From: Candidatus Helarchaeota archaeon
Lineage (GTDB): Archaea > Asgardarchaeota > Lokiarchaeia > Helarchaeales > RDOG01
Assembly: GCA_019058315.1 (NCBI GenBank)
Contig: JAHPZH010000001.1
Coordinates: 1,041,432-1,105,431, forward strand
Length of the DNA stretch: 64,000 bases
Reading direction: 5' to 3'
Shown here: positions 40,049 through 51,349 of the stretch, piece by piece
Position numbering within the stretch: the stretch's first letter is position 1
How the letters are laid out: each line of letters begins with the position of its first letter
Translations under genes and position numbers: made by a program
Notes under the pieces: generated by a model
Seen by the model: the letters and a program-made list of their open reading frames with translations, nothing else
What the model was told of the DNA's origin: nothing
Databases searched by the model: none

Positions 40049-41659
40049 TTGAAAATAAGTGATCTAATCAAATTTGCAGCTCGTGCAGAACCAGATAAAA
40101 TCGGTCTTATTACAGATAGTGGTAGATATTCTTTTAAACAATTATATGAATTTTGTAATTCTCTCGCTAATGGATTAGTTCAAATGAATTTTAAATTAGG
40201 GGATAGAGTAGCATTATTAGTTCGTAATGGACTAGAAATATTCACGTCTTATTTTGGTATTCCACGAATGGGAGCAATTGTCGTGCCATTAAACTATAAA
40301 ATGTCAAAAGATGAATTGGTTTATTGTCTTAATGATTGTACTCCAAAGATGTTAATCTATGGAGAGGAATACGAAGATATTATTGATTATCTCAAAGAAA
40401 AATGTAAAAGTATAGAATATTTTATTTCTCCTGCTGATTTTCAAAAAATTATAACTTCATATTCTAAAGAAGGACCATTGGACTTAAATGGTAAAAAGAT
40501 AAGACTTAGTAATAAAAACACCCTTTTTTTAATGTATACAGGAGGAACTACAGGTTTTCCTAAAGGTGTAATGCTTTCGCATAAGAATCTTACATCTACG
40601 ATGGCAGCTAGTGCAGGAAAGATGCTTTCCGATGTTGGGAGCTATTCTGAGGAAAGGAGAGCTAAGTCGGTCGAGAGGATGGAGAATAGAGAAGGAGTAT
40701 TTATGACTGATCTTCCTATATTCCACGCTGCTGCTATGTTCACTGTGATCGTTGCCCTATATGGGGCTACAACTATGATCACCCACAAAAGATTTGATCC
40801 CATTAAAACCTATGAAATTATAGAAAAAGAAAAAGTAACCAATTTAGAACTAGTCCCAACTATGTTAATAAGAATGCTTGAGGCATATAACCCAAAATAT
40901 GACACTAGTAGTTTACAAACTATTTTTTATGGTGCGGCTGCAATAGATCCTACAACTTTGAAAAGAGCACTTGATATTTTTAAAAATGTAGATTTTTATC
41001 AAGTCTTTGGAATGACTGAGACTGCTGTACCTGTAACTTCTCTTACATCAGAAGATCATGAATTAATTAGAGATAAGGATCGTAATGAACTTTTAAGATC
41101 CGCAGGAAAACCTATCGCTAATGTTGAAATTAAAATTGTAGACGAAGCACGCAATGAACTCCCTATAGGAGAAATTGGGGAAATAGTAGTTCGTGGGGAA
41201 GGAATTATGCAAGGATATTGGAATAAAGAAGAAAAAACAAGGTCAGTAATTGATAAAGAAGGATGGTATTATACTGGAGATATGGGAAAATTAGACGAAG
41301 AGGGTTATTTATATGTCGTTGATAGGGCAAAAGATATGATTGTTTCGGGTGGAGAAAATATTTATTCTGCAGAAGTTGAAAATGCAATTTATAAGCATCC
41401 ATCTGTAAAACTTTGTGCTGTTATTGGAATTCCTGATGAAAAATGGGGTGAAGCAGTATGTGCGTACATTGTAAAAAAAGAGGATTGTGAGCTTACTGGT
41501 GAAGAAATAATTCAGCACTGCAAAGAACATATCGCTAGCTATAAGAAGCCTAAAAAAATAATTTTCATTAAAAAACTACCTATGAGTCCTCAAGGAAAAA
41601 TTCTAAAGAAAATTTTACGAGAAAAACATTGGAAAGATAAAGAAAGAAGAGTAGTTTAA
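40049..41659 (+). CDS. Long-chain fatty acid-CoA ligase
   Basis: YTGGTTGFPKG, FGMTE, YTGD, DRAKDMIVSGGEN, GKILK. Confidence 0.92.
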   Translation: MKISDLIKFAARAEPDKIGLITDSGRYSFKQLYEFCNSLANGLVQMNFKLGDRVALLVRNGLEIFTSYFGIPRMGAIVVPLNYKMSKDELVYCLNDCTPKMLIYGEEYEDIIDYLKEKCKSIEYFISPADFQKIITSYSKEGPLDLNGKKIRLSNKNTLFLMYTGGTTGFPKGVMLSHKNLTSTMAASAGKMLSDVGSYSEERRAKSVERMENREGVFMTDLPIFHAAAMFTVIVALYGATTMITHKRFDPIKTYEIIEKEKVTNLELVPTMLIRMLEAYNPKYDTSSLQTIFYGAAAIDPTTLKRALDIFKNVDFYQVFGMTETAVPVTSLTSEDHELIRDKDRNELLRSAGKPIANVEIKIVDEARNELPIGEIGEIVVRGEGIMQGYWNKEEKTRSVIDKEGWYYTGDMGKLDEEGYLYVVDRAKDMIVSGGENIYSAEVENAIYKHPSVKLCAVIGIPDEKWGEAVCAYIVKKEDCELTGEEIIQHCKEHIASYKKPKKIIFIKKLPMSPQGKILKKILREKHWKDKERRVV

Positions 41660-41711
41660 TAATAAAATTAAGACATGAATTAGAAAATAAATTTACAAAG
41701 AATTTTATAAT

Positions 41712-41846
41712 TTAAGATGTTTTTCCTTTCGTTTTTTCACAATTACTACAGACTTCTCCATTTGCACGCCATTGATACAGACTAATCGTTCCACCACATA
41801 TCCTGCATTTTGGGAGGTATGAATTTTGAATTCCTAAACTAGCCAT
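41712..41846 (-). CDS. 44-aa C4 zinc-finger microprotein (below ORF-track cutoff)
   Basis: MASLGIQNSYLPKCRICGGTISLYQWRANGEVCSNCEKTKGKTS; two CxxC motifs; alternative in-frame ATG at 41855. Confidence 0.6.
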   Translation of the reverse strand: MASLGIQNSYLPKCRICGGTISLYQWRANGEVCSNCEKTKGKTS

Positions 41847-42155
41847 TTTTTTCATCCTAATCTACTATTTTCACGTTATAGATCTCATATTTTTAATATA
41901 TAAGAAGGGGAGGGGAGGTATTGAAAAATGAAATGTCTTGAGAAGTGAAATTTAAAAAGCTCTAATTAATAAAACTCTTTATTTAATCAATTCGCGAATT
42001 CATTTGGATAATGTTTCAATATATTCTTATTCTAATAATTATTTATCAATAAGAATAAATAGATACTGATAAGAATAAATATTGAATTATTTAAAAATAT
42101 TAAAATAATATTTGAGTTTTGTTATACATTGCATTAGATAATTTGAGAACTAAAA

Positions 42156-42908
42156 ATGAATATAGAAAACATATTATTTGATATGGGCTTCACTCTCATA
42201 ACGTTTAACAACTTCACACTCAAAGATTATTTAAAAAGTCTTTCAAAAAACATTCAAGATTTACAATCTTATTTATTAGAAAATGATATTATAACCAACA
42301 ATAATTTTGGAGAAATTTTAAAGAGGAATCAAAAGCATTATTTTCAAAAGTCATTTCTAACTGATGATGAGTATTCAATAGAATTTATTTTGAAAGAGTC
42401 ATTTAAAGAGATAGGATTAGCTTCTGAAGAAATTAAGGGCACTCTTATTGATGAAGCTGCAGGAATTCTAAACTCTAAAGACGCTAAAAACTGGATTGCT
42501 TACCCTGATTCAGAATCTACTCTTCAAAAATTGAAGAAAAAGGGCTTTAAACTTGCAATTGTATCCAATGCTCCTTCACATGGAGGAGTACTTCATATTT
42601 TAAAAATGAATAATCTATCCAAATATTTTGATACAATTATTTCTTCAGCGCTTGCAAAAGTTAGAAAACCTAGGTCAAAAATCTTTGAATTGGCACTCTC
42701 AAATTTAAAAGCCAAGAGCTCTAATTCCATTTTCATAGGAGATGACTTATATTGTGATATCTACGGAGCCCAAAAATTAGGCATGAAAGCAATTCATCTC
42801 AACAAAGGATTTGAACTTCCTTCACCAAAAGAAATTAATATTAAACCTGATGAAAGAGTAAATAAAATCAGTGAAATAATTCCAATAATTGAAGAATGGA
42901 TAAAATAA
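42156..42908 (+). CDS. HAD-superfamily hydrolase
   Basis: LFDMGFTL, VSN, RKP, IGDDLYCDIYGA. Confidence 0.88.
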   Translation: MNIENILFDMGFTLITFNNFTLKDYLKSLSKNIQDLQSYLLENDIITNNNFGEILKRNQKHYFQKSFLTDDEYSIEFILKESFKEIGLASEEIKGTLIDEAAGILNSKDAKNWIAYPDSESTLQKLKKKGFKLAIVSNAPSHGGVLHILKMNNLSKYFDTIISSALAKVRKPRSKIFELALSNLKAKSSNSIFIGDDLYCDIYGAQKLGMKAIHLNKGFELPSPKEINIKPDERVNKISEIIPIIEEWIK

Positions 42909-42931
42909 TTTTGGAGTTTAAACCATATTTC

Positions 42932-45862
42932 TTATCCCATATCTTCTTCTAAATCATCAAAATCAGAAAGTTCGCTTAGTGTCTCAAGATATTCTGAGGG
43001 ATTGATTATAAATTCGATAAATTCTAATATAAGTTCCTCATTTCTTTCTTCGATTGTTTCCTCTTCTTCTATTAATTTATCATATTCTGCAAGTTCACTA
43101 ATATATTCATAAGGATTAAATAATAAGTCAATAAGATCATTTATTTCCTCTGTTAACGGAGCTTCAGGGATTGGTAAGGGTCCTATTATTTCTGGTTTTT
43201 TAGTAATTTCTACAGACGGCTTAATTTTTTCTAATTTTTGTATCCTTAAACGCTTTTTTTCTTCTAATTTTTTCTTTATTTCTTGACGCCGTTTATCTTC
43301 TTCTGCTCTAAATTTTTTAACTCGTAATTTTCTTTCCTCTAATATTTTTTGAAATTCTTGTTCTCTTTTTTTAGAATCTTCTTCAAGTTTGATTTTTTCT
43401 GCCCGTAATTTTTTTACCTCTTCCTCTAAGGCTTTTCTCCGTTTAATGAGTTTAATCCTTCTAATCCTTTCACGCTCCCTTACTGCTTTTAATCTCTGTT
43501 TTCTGACTGTTGTTAAAGCTTCTTCTTTTGCTTTCTCTTTAGCTATGCGTTTTTTATGTCTTTCTTCATATAATTTCTGACGTTCTTCACGCAATTTTTT
43601 CTGCAGTTCAATTACATTTATTTTTTCCTTCTCTTCTTCTTTTTTCTTTTGTTCTTCGATTTTTTTCTTCTCTGCTGCCTCTTTTTCTAGTTTTTGAAGA
43701 AGTAATTTTCGTTCTCCTTCCTTTTTTCTCTGTTCTTCTTCCTCTTTTAATCTTCTTTTTTCTTGTAATTCTTGCCATCTTTGAGTTTTGTCATCCTCTG
43801 TCTGTAATTTTTCCCAAAGTAAATTTTTTAATTCATCTTCATCAAAGATTTGAATTGATTTATTCCAATTCATTAATTTTTTAACAGATTCCCGATAATT
43901 ACGAAAATCTTGTGGGGAAACTGGATCTGCAAAAAATACTACTAAATCTGCAGCCTCTGGAGGAAGTAGGTTCCGTTCAAATATTTCAATTAGCTGTTTA
44001 TAACCAATTCTTTTTTCAGAAATTTTTTTAATAAAAAATAATTCTAATTTATTAACAACTTCTGATAAGTTTGATTTTTTAAAGACATCTCTTAATTTTA
44101 CATATTCACTTTCAAGCTTTTTTCCGGTCATATTTTGGAAAAAATCCTCAAAATTATCAAATTCTAGCAATTTAAGGGTATTTGTTCGAAATTCTTCATC
44201 TTTAATACTCAAAATTGCATTTAAAGATTTATTTTTTAGAAAGCTTGAAATAAATTGTTCTTTTAATAATTCAGGCTTGGGGTGAATTTCCAGTATTAAT
44301 TTAAAAAATTCGATATTATAATCAATATTTTTAAAAAATGGTTCATATTCTTCTTCCAAATATTCGAAAATCGCTTTAAAATCCTCACTCCAGAAACTTT
44401 CCCCACCTAACCCATACAAGACTAGCAAACCTTCCCCAACAGGGAGTATTAAAAAAACAGGAACGAAATTTCCCTCCATTATTACTTCTCCCTTTTTATC
44501 TGTTAAAAAATGAACATAATTTTCTACGAGACGTTTTCCTTCAATTAATTTTCCTTCTCTATTCTTATTAAAGAATAATAGATTTGGGTTAATATGGAGA
44601 AGCTTCTCAGAATCATTATAGACTGCTGAAAACCCAAATACTTGATAAAAACCAAGAAATTTTTCTAAATAATCCTGATCTAATGGAAAAATAATTATTG
44701 ATTTTCCGCCTTTCTTTAAATATGTTTTTACAAATTCTGCTTCCTCTTCAGTCCACTCTTCCTTTCTTACTTTATTTTTATCACCTTTCTGAGGTAAAAA
44801 AACTAATAAAATATCCTGAATTTTCTCGCCTTCTACAAGTTCATTAATTGAGTAAAATTCTATATTTGGAGGTTTAATTTGTTTGACTTTTTCCTCATTG
44901 AAGAGACCAATGATATCAATTTTTATAGTTTTCTTTTCAGAAATCTTTTTATTATAAAATAATTCTAATTTTTTTACAATATCGACTAATTTTAATTTTT
45001 TAAGCACATTCCTTAATTTTAAATATTCATTTTCAAACTTTTTTCCAGTTATATTTTGAAATTTAGATTCAAAGTGTTCAAACTCTAATAATTTAAGTGT
45101 TTCTATTCGAAATTCTTCATCCTCAAGATTTAGAATTTCATCAATAGATTTACTATTAATAAGGCTACGTATGAATTTATCTTTTAAGAATTCAAGTTTA
45201 GGGTAATTTTTTAAAATATTTTTGAATAATTCAACATTAAATTCAATCTTATTAAAGATATAATCATAATCTTCAATTAAATATCTAAATATTTGTTCCA
45301 AATTCTCCATCCAAAAATATTCCTCTCCTAGACCATATAAAAATAGTGAACCTTTTTTAAAAGGGAGCAATATACAAACAGGTAGATCATTTACCTCTAT
45401 TATTCTTTCTCCCTCTTTATCTATTGTAAAATGAACATAATTTTCTACTGAACGTTTTGTATCTGTTATTTTTCCTTCTTTATCTCTATCTAAAATTAAT
45501 AGATTTGGATTAACTTTGAGTTCTTGTTTAGTATTATTGTATTCTGAAGAAAACCCAAATATTTCATGAAACGCAGAAAAATTTTCTATTTCGTTTTGAT
45601 CCAAAGGAAAAACGATTATGGCCCTTCCACCATTTTCTAGATATTTTTTTACATACTCTACTTCTTCCTTATGCCAGCCATCTTCTCTTATTTCATTCTC
45701 ATCTCCCTTACGAGGTAAAAAAATCAATAGAACATCTTGAACTTCCTCGCCTTCTACAAGTTCGTTGATTACAAAAAATTCTACATTTGGTATATTAACT
45801 TTTTTGACTTTTTCTTCATCAAAGAGCCCAATAATATCCACATTTAAAGTTATATTGATCAT
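42932..45862 (-). CDS. Protein with two ~307-aa internal repeats (GATase-like/DUF4350-GIFT-like core), long E/K/R helix and acidic tail
   Basis: DIIGLF.EEKVK..NELVEGE..LLxFLP..EE.E.VK.YL..GG twice, 921 nt apart. Confidence 0.75.
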   Translation of the reverse strand: MINITLNVDIIGLFDEEKVKKVNIPNVEFFVINELVEGEEVQDVLLIFLPRKGDENEIREDGWHKEEVEYVKKYLENGGRAIIVFPLDQNEIENFSAFHEIFGFSSEYNNTKQELKVNPNLLILDRDKEGKITDTKRSVENYVHFTIDKEGERIIEVNDLPVCILLPFKKGSLFLYGLGEEYFWMENLEQIFRYLIEDYDYIFNKIEFNVELFKNILKNYPKLEFLKDKFIRSLINSKSIDEILNLEDEEFRIETLKLLEFEHFESKFQNITGKKFENEYLKLRNVLKKLKLVDIVKKLELFYNKKISEKKTIKIDIIGLFNEEKVKQIKPPNIEFYSINELVEGEKIQDILLVFLPQKGDKNKVRKEEWTEEEAEFVKTYLKKGGKSIIIFPLDQDYLEKFLGFYQVFGFSAVYNDSEKLLHINPNLLFFNKNREGKLIEGKRLVENYVHFLTDKKGEVIMEGNFVPVFLILPVGEGLLVLYGLGGESFWSEDFKAIFEYLEEEYEPFFKNIDYNIEFFKLILEIHPKPELLKEQFISSFLKNKSLNAILSIKDEEFRTNTLKLLEFDNFEDFFQNMTGKKLESEYVKLRDVFKKSNLSEVVNKLELFFIKKISEKRIGYKQLIEIFERNLLPPEAADLVVFFADPVSPQDFRNYRESVKKLMNWNKSIQIFDEDELKNLLWEKLQTEDDKTQRWQELQEKRRLKEEEEQRKKEGERKLLLQKLEKEAAEKKKIEEQKKKEEEKEKINVIELQKKLREERQKLYEERHKKRIAKEKAKEEALTTVRKQRLKAVRERERIRRIKLIKRRKALEEEVKKLRAEKIKLEEDSKKREQEFQKILEERKLRVKKFRAEEDKRRQEIKKKLEEKKRLRIQKLEKIKPSVEITKKPEIIGPLPIPEAPLTEEINDLIDLLFNPYEYISELAEYDKLIEEEETIEERNEELILEFIEFIINPSEYLETLSELSDFDDLEEDMG

Positions 45863-46186
45863 CTCAATTATTATATATTCAATAAATGAAATTCGGAATT
45901 ATTCATTCATTAATCTTACAATTAAAGATTTACTTTTCTTTCTGATAACTTTGTGTTTTAATTCTTATAAATTTCTTACTTGATATTATTTTCAATTTCC
46001 ATAAGAAATTTAGGGAGAGTTTTAAATTTTAAAATTATTTTATAAGAATTTTTTAAAAAATGAAAAAAATTACTACCGAAATTTTAATTTTTAAACTTTT
46101 TAAGCTAGTATTATTTAGAAAATACCAGTCAGAATTAAATATTTCATTAAACCCATCTATATTATACAAAAAGATTTAAATATAAG

Positions 46187-46507
46187 GTGGTTTATATGAA
46201 TAAAATAAATTCTTTCAAAAGAGAACTCCGAAGACATGGATTTTATCCTGTTAGAAATGGAAATCCTTTAGCACCGGTATTTGTAAAACATACTAGTGAA
46301 TTTGGGGGAATGTACGCTAATATTAACAAAGATCATACCTCTATTAGAATTAATGATGTAAAAAGTAGTTATAATTTTGACAATCAAAAAGAATTAAAAA
46401 AATTTTTAAAAGGTATGGAAGACGGTTTCGCTAAATTTCAGTTTTCTAAAATCTTATCTCGAAAATTAATCGTAAACATCATAGAGGATGCTTTAGAAAG
46501 AATCTAA
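46187..46507 (+). CDS. Hypothetical protein
   Basis: 106-aa ORF, GGTGG upstream of the internal Met. Confidence 0.65.
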   Translation: MVYMNKINSFKRELRRHGFYPVRNGNPLAPVFVKHTSEFGGMYANINKDHTSIRINDVKSSYNFDNQKELKKFLKGMEDGFAKFQFSKILSRKLIVNIIEDALERI

Positions 46508-46644
46508 TATTTTTATTTATTTTTTATATTAAGAGAGACTCTTTTTAATATTAATTTTTAAAGTTCTTTTTGTTATTTTGATAAAAGGTTATAGATGATC
46601 TTATTCTTCTTTATTGAGTTATAGAATAAATTTGGAGTGATACA

Positions 46645-48417
46645 ATGGGTTCTTTTATGAGTCCCAAGGAATCGGAATTTTATAATCGTTTTATACGAGA
46701 TTTGGCGAGTGTTAATGAGGAACCAAATCATAGTTTTGGTTTCTTTATAGAAAAATGGGCTGAAGAGATTCCTGATAATATTGCTTTATATTTTCAAGAT
46801 GATTCTTGGACTTGGCAAGCTTTTAATGATGAGAGTAATAAAATTTCTAACTTCTTTCTTAATTTGGGTCTAAATCAAGGTGAATGCGTAGCATTAATGC
46901 TAGAAAATTCTCCAGAACACCTCTTTCTTACAAGTGGAATTAATAAAATTCAAGGTATTAGTGCTTTAGTTAATTTCAATCAAAAAAAGCAAGCATTATC
47001 CCATTCCTTCAAAATAGTAAATCCGAAATTTATTGTAATAGATGGGGACAATTTACATTCTTTTTATGAAATTATTGACGATATTCCTCTCAAAAACGAC
47101 CAAATATTTGTAGTTAATAATAAAAAAGATATTCCACATGATTTTATGGATTTACCAAGTGAAATTAAATCGATATCCAAAACAAATCCCGAACCTCCCC
47201 TCGATTCTATTCTAGAAGATACAGCACTTTATATTTATACTTCAGGTACAACCGGACTCCCTAAAGCAGTAATTGCACCCAATGTAAAAATTTTTACTCA
47301 AGGATTCTTTTTAGGATTATCCCTAACAGATTTAACTCCCGAAGATGTTGTTTATATACCCACTCCTTTATATCACAATCTTTCTATAGGTTGTGCTTGG
47401 ATTGGAGCACTTGTTTCAGGATCTACAACAGCTTTAAGAAAAAGATTTTCTGCTTCTGAATTTTGGAAAGATATTAAAAAATACAATGCAACTTATACAA
47501 TTTACGTCGGGGAAATACCACGTTATCTTCTTAATCAACCAGAATCTGAGTATGAAAAAAATACACCTCTTAAGAAAATGGTCGGATTAGGTCTTCGAAA
47601 AGATATTTGGGAGAAATTTAAAGCTCGATTCCAAGTTGAACATATTTATGAATTCTATGGTTCTACGGAAGGGCATTATAGCCTTATAAATATTGATGAA
47701 GTTCCAGGGATGGTTGGGCGTAATAATATGGTTGGTCTTGTTCTTGCAAAATGTGATCCAGACACGGGTGAATTATATAAAAATAATCGAGGTTTTTGCA
47801 TTAAATGTAAACCTGGAGATGTTGGAATGGCCATGCTTAAAGTAGATAAGAAAAGCGTCTTTAGAGGGTATAGAAATAAAGAAAAAACTCAAAAGAAAAT
47901 GATTTCTGACGTTTTTCGAAAAACTGATTGTTATTTTAATACTGGTGATATGTTACAGTTACATAATGATTTATGGATTTCATTCTATGATAGATTTGGT
48001 GATACATTTCGTTGGAAGAGTGAAAATGTTTCTACATTAGAAGTTGAGGCAATTTTAAATTCCTATCCTTCCATACTTATATCAGCGGTTTATGGTGTGG
48101 CAATACCAAATACAGAAGGAAAAGCTGGAATGGCTGCCATTACATTACATGATTTAATTAAATTTAATATTGATGAATTCTCTCAATTTGTCACTGATGT
48201 TTTACCAAAATATGCAATTCCAGTTTTTATTCGTATTTGTGAGGAGCTTGAACTAACAGGACCTATGAAAATAAAAAAAGTAAATCTTCGAAAAGAAGCT
48301 TATGAAATTGATAAAATTAAAGATCCTGTATATTTTTGGAACTCTAAGAATAAAAAATATACTTCTTTTAGTAAAATAGAATATAAGGATTTACTAGAAG
48401 GTAAAATAAGGATGTAG
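46645..48417 (+). CDS. FATP/very-long-chain acyl-CoA synthetase family
   Basis: YIYTSGTTGLPKA, YVGEIPRYL, EFYGSTEG, DRFGDTFRWKSENVST. Confidence 0.92.
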   Translation: MGSFMSPKESEFYNRFIRDLASVNEEPNHSFGFFIEKWAEEIPDNIALYFQDDSWTWQAFNDESNKISNFFLNLGLNQGECVALMLENSPEHLFLTSGINKIQGISALVNFNQKKQALSHSFKIVNPKFIVIDGDNLHSFYEIIDDIPLKNDQIFVVNNKKDIPHDFMDLPSEIKSISKTNPEPPLDSILEDTALYIYTSGTTGLPKAVIAPNVKIFTQGFFLGLSLTDLTPEDVVYIPTPLYHNLSIGCAWIGALVSGSTTALRKRFSASEFWKDIKKYNATYTIYVGEIPRYLLNQPESEYEKNTPLKKMVGLGLRKDIWEKFKARFQVEHIYEFYGSTEGHYSLINIDEVPGMVGRNNMVGLVLAKCDPDTGELYKNNRGFCIKCKPGDVGMAMLKVDKKSVFRGYRNKEKTQKKMISDVFRKTDCYFNTGDMLQLHNDLWISFYDRFGDTFRWKSENVSTLEVEAILNSYPSILISAVYGVAIPNTEGKAGMAAITLHDLIKFNIDEFSQFVTDVLPKYAIPVFIRICEELELTGPMKIKKVNLRKEAYEIDKIKDPVYFWNSKNKKYTSFSKIEYKDLLEGKIRM

Positions 48418-48446
48418 CAACTAAAAAACTCATTCTTTTTAAATAT

Positions 48447-49085
48447 TTATTTTTTCTTTAATCTAAACCACATTTGTTGAATTTTATCATCAAATATTTT
48501 TTCAGGAAAATTTGTAGATTCCAATTCTTCAAAGCCAAATTTATTAAATATTTTTACCATTTCATTTTTTGAATAATAAGCGAAATAACGAGGAGATCCT
48601 GGGTATGATTTTGGATTTTCTTCAAGACCTTCTCCAGTTCCTAATTTGAAATTTAATGAAATTACTCCATTATTTTTAAGAACTCTTTTAAATTCTTTAA
48701 CTAATACATTAATTTCTGATTTTGGGATATGATAAATACAGCCACTTATCCAAATGCCATCAAAATAGTTATTATCAAAATTTAATCTACGCATATCCAT
48801 TAATTGAAATTTACCCTTTGGATAATATTTTTTGGCTTCTTCTAACATACTTTTTGATAAGTCAATACCAATAGCTTTTCCATCATTTTCTTCTTCTATG
48901 ATCTTACAGTGACGACCATCTCCACATCCGACATCAAGAATAAGAGGTTTTGAAATTGATATATAGAAGATTAATTTGCGAATATATTCTTTCTCCCATT
49001 CTATAAATTTTGATACTCTAGTTGCTTTGCAATAATTAGATGCAATTTTATTATAAGTCTGAATTGTTCTCTTATTTACATCCAT
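48447..49085 (-). CDS. Class I SAM-dependent methyltransferase
   Basis: ILDVGCGDG, GIDLS, FDGIW. Confidence 0.9.
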   Translation of the reverse strand: MDVNKRTIQTYNKIASNYCKATRVSKFIEWEKEYIRKLIFYISISKPLILDVGCGDGRHCKIIEEENDGKAIGIDLSKSMLEEAKKYYPKGKFQLMDMRRLNFDNNYFDGIWISGCIYHIPKSEINVLVKEFKRVLKNNGVISLNFKLGTGEGLEENPKSYPGSPRYFAYYSKNEMVKIFNKFGFEELESTNFPEKIFDDKIQQMWFRLKKK

Positions 49086-49106
49086 ATTTATACATCTTTT
49101 TTTATA

Positions 49107-50423
49107 TTATTTATTATCAAAATAAGATAACCATTTGGATTCAGCTTCAAACATTTCATCAACCATTTTTCGAATCTCATGTGGTGCAAGAAACGAATTT
49201 GTATTCGGATCCATCATAATTGCATGATGCACTAATTCTCTATCTCTGGCTAAAGCTGCCTTTACCGCAATACCTTGAACTAAAATATTGCTCATATTAA
49301 GAGCGGCACAACCTGGAGGTAATTCGCCCACGTATGATGGATGAATACCAGTAGCATCAGCGTAGCACGGCACTTCCACGCAACATCCATCAGGAAGATT
49401 AGTTATAAGTCCTGTATTTCTTATATTGCCATTGAATCGGAAGGGTTTATCAGTAATTATGCCATTTATAATGCCAGAACAATATTCAACACTTTTTTTT
49501 CCAAATTTAATTTTTTTCTTATCCGAAAGAAGCCTTCTAAATGTTTTCTCGTCTTCTTTTTCTGCTTCCACGCTTAATTTATAATAAAAATTATCTTCAC
49601 CTTCATAACCGGTCCCTCCAAATCTATCCATTAATTCTTTACGCTTTCGAAAGAAAGGAAGATACTCGCTTAAATGTCCACTAGACTCAGTCATATAATA
49701 ACCAAAATGACGAAACATCTCAATCCTAATTTTATCATTAGCTAAAGGTGGACCTTCAAAAAGTTTTTTACGAATTTTAGGATATAAATCTTCTTCATTT
49801 TTTCGAAATTCTAAAAACCACGCCATATGATTTATACCTGCAGCTAAATAGGTACATTCTTTTATATGCACTCCTGCCCAACGAGATAATAAATACGCAG
49901 TATGCTGAACGCCGTGACATAGACCCACATTAGGAACATCAGTTGCCTCATTCATTGCCCAACAATTCATTGCCATAGGATTTGCATAATTCAAAATTAA
50001 GGCTTTAGGTTTACTAAATTCTTTCATATCTGAACAAATATCTAATAGGACAGGAATCGTACGAAGAAATCGAAATACTCCTCCAGGACCTAAAGTATCT
50101 CCGATACACTGTGTCATGCCATATTTAGCAGGAATTTCCAAATCAAATTTTGTAGCCTCTAAACCTCCTACTTGTATCATTATAATTACAAAATCAGCAT
50201 CTTTTAAAGCTTTATGTCTATATGTTGTTACTTCAAATTTTGTGGGTAGATCCTCTTGTTTTTTAATCTTATGGCATAGTGCTTCTATGTGGTTAAGACG
50301 TTTTTCATCTATATCCATTAAGGCTATAGTACTATCCCTTAGTTTCTCAAAAGATAAAATATCTAAAAGCAGTTGTTTACTAAAAACAATACTGCCTGCT
50401 CCAATGAATGTAATTTTTACCAC
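49107..50423 (-). CDS. melA: Family 4 glycoside hydrolase (alpha-galactosidase-like)
   Basis: KITFIGAGS, DTLGPGG, NYANPM, GLCHGV, AGINH, TESSGHLSEY. Confidence 0.9.
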   Translation of the reverse strand: MVKITFIGAGSIVFSKQLLLDILSFEKLRDSTIALMDIDEKRLNHIEALCHKIKKQEDLPTKFEVTTYRHKALKDADFVIIMIQVGGLEATKFDLEIPAKYGMTQCIGDTLGPGGVFRFLRTIPVLLDICSDMKEFSKPKALILNYANPMAMNCWAMNEATDVPNVGLCHGVQHTAYLLSRWAGVHIKECTYLAAGINHMAWFLEFRKNEEDLYPKIRKKLFEGPPLANDKIRIEMFRHFGYYMTESSGHLSEYLPFFRKRKELMDRFGGTGYEGEDNFYYKLSVEAEKEDEKTFRRLLSDKKKIKFGKKSVEYCSGIINGIITDKPFRFNGNIRNTGLITNLPDGCCVEVPCYADATGIHPSYVGELPPGCAALNMSNILVQGIAVKAALARDRELVHHAIMMDPNTNSFLAPHEIRKMVDEMFEAESKWLSYFDNK

Positions 50424-50608
50424 ATTAGACTCTCCTAAATATCAATTTAAAGGACTTATTTTATTATTAAATTAAAATATGTGTCTTACTCATCTTGTTT
50501 AGAAATTAATTTAATCATAATTTTAATAAATTATTGCTACATAGTATTTATAATTTAAATTAAAAGGATTTTTATTAAGAAATATACATTTTAGGAGGTG
50601 AGCTGGGT

Positions 50609-50962
50609 TTGGGAACAAGTAGTAAGAAATGGTTTATATTAGGGTTAGTTGGGACGATAATCGCGGCTGGAGCTGGCGTTAACATAATAACAAGCTTATT
50701 AAATATTATGAACCTTAATCGTTCGATTAATGCTAGTATTGTAACACTATTATTATTTCAATATCTTTATTCAGAAATGAATGGTGGAATGGATGTATTC
50801 TTATTAACGCAGATTATGGCTTCGATAAGTAGAAATATTAGAATGCAAGGAATTTATAGACTTACCTTTTATATTGGGATAGTTACAGCTGTTGTTGGAG
50901 GAATTCTTGCTTTAGTTGGTTGGATAAATAAATTGCTACAAAATAAGAGTGAAATGTATTAA
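50609..50962 (+). CDS. Small membrane protein
   Basis: 2-3 TM helices, GGAGGTGA upstream. Confidence 0.7.
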   Translation: MGTSSKKWFILGLVGTIIAAGAGVNIITSLLNIMNLNRSINASIVTLLLFQYLYSEMNGGMDVFLLTQIMASISRNIRMQGIYRLTFYIGIVTAVVGGILALVGWINKLLQNKSEMY

Positions 50963-51004
50963 ATAAACTTGATAGAAAAAAATTAATACTAATCTTAAAC
51001 ACTA

Positions 51005-51349
51005 ATGTACAGAACTGCTTTAATGGAATTGGTAAAAATTTCAAGAAAACCCAATGTCATCTCAGAAATTTCTATGAACGATTTTAATATTTTAAAAAGT
51101 AAGGGAATCCTCACCCGAATCAGATTTGGAAAAGCGGATATAAGCATTGATTTCCTAAAAAATTGGTATGATCATATAAAAGTAAAATTTGGTATAGGTA
51201 TTGTAGATAATAACATAATAAATGACTCACAACTGGATGAAGAATTTGAAACATTTTTAAAAGAAAAATATCAAATTACAGACACCAATCTGCTTATTTT
51301 TCTACAGAAATATTTTAGAGATCTAATTATTGGATTCAGAATAAAATAA
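51005..51349 (+). CDS. Hypothetical protein
   Basis: 114-aa ORF. Confidence 0.6.
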   Translation: MYRTALMELVKISRKPNVISEISMNDFNILKSKGILTRIRFGKADISIDFLKNWYDHIKVKFGIGIVDNNIINDSQLDEEFETFLKEKYQITDTNLLIFLQKYFRDLIIGFRIK

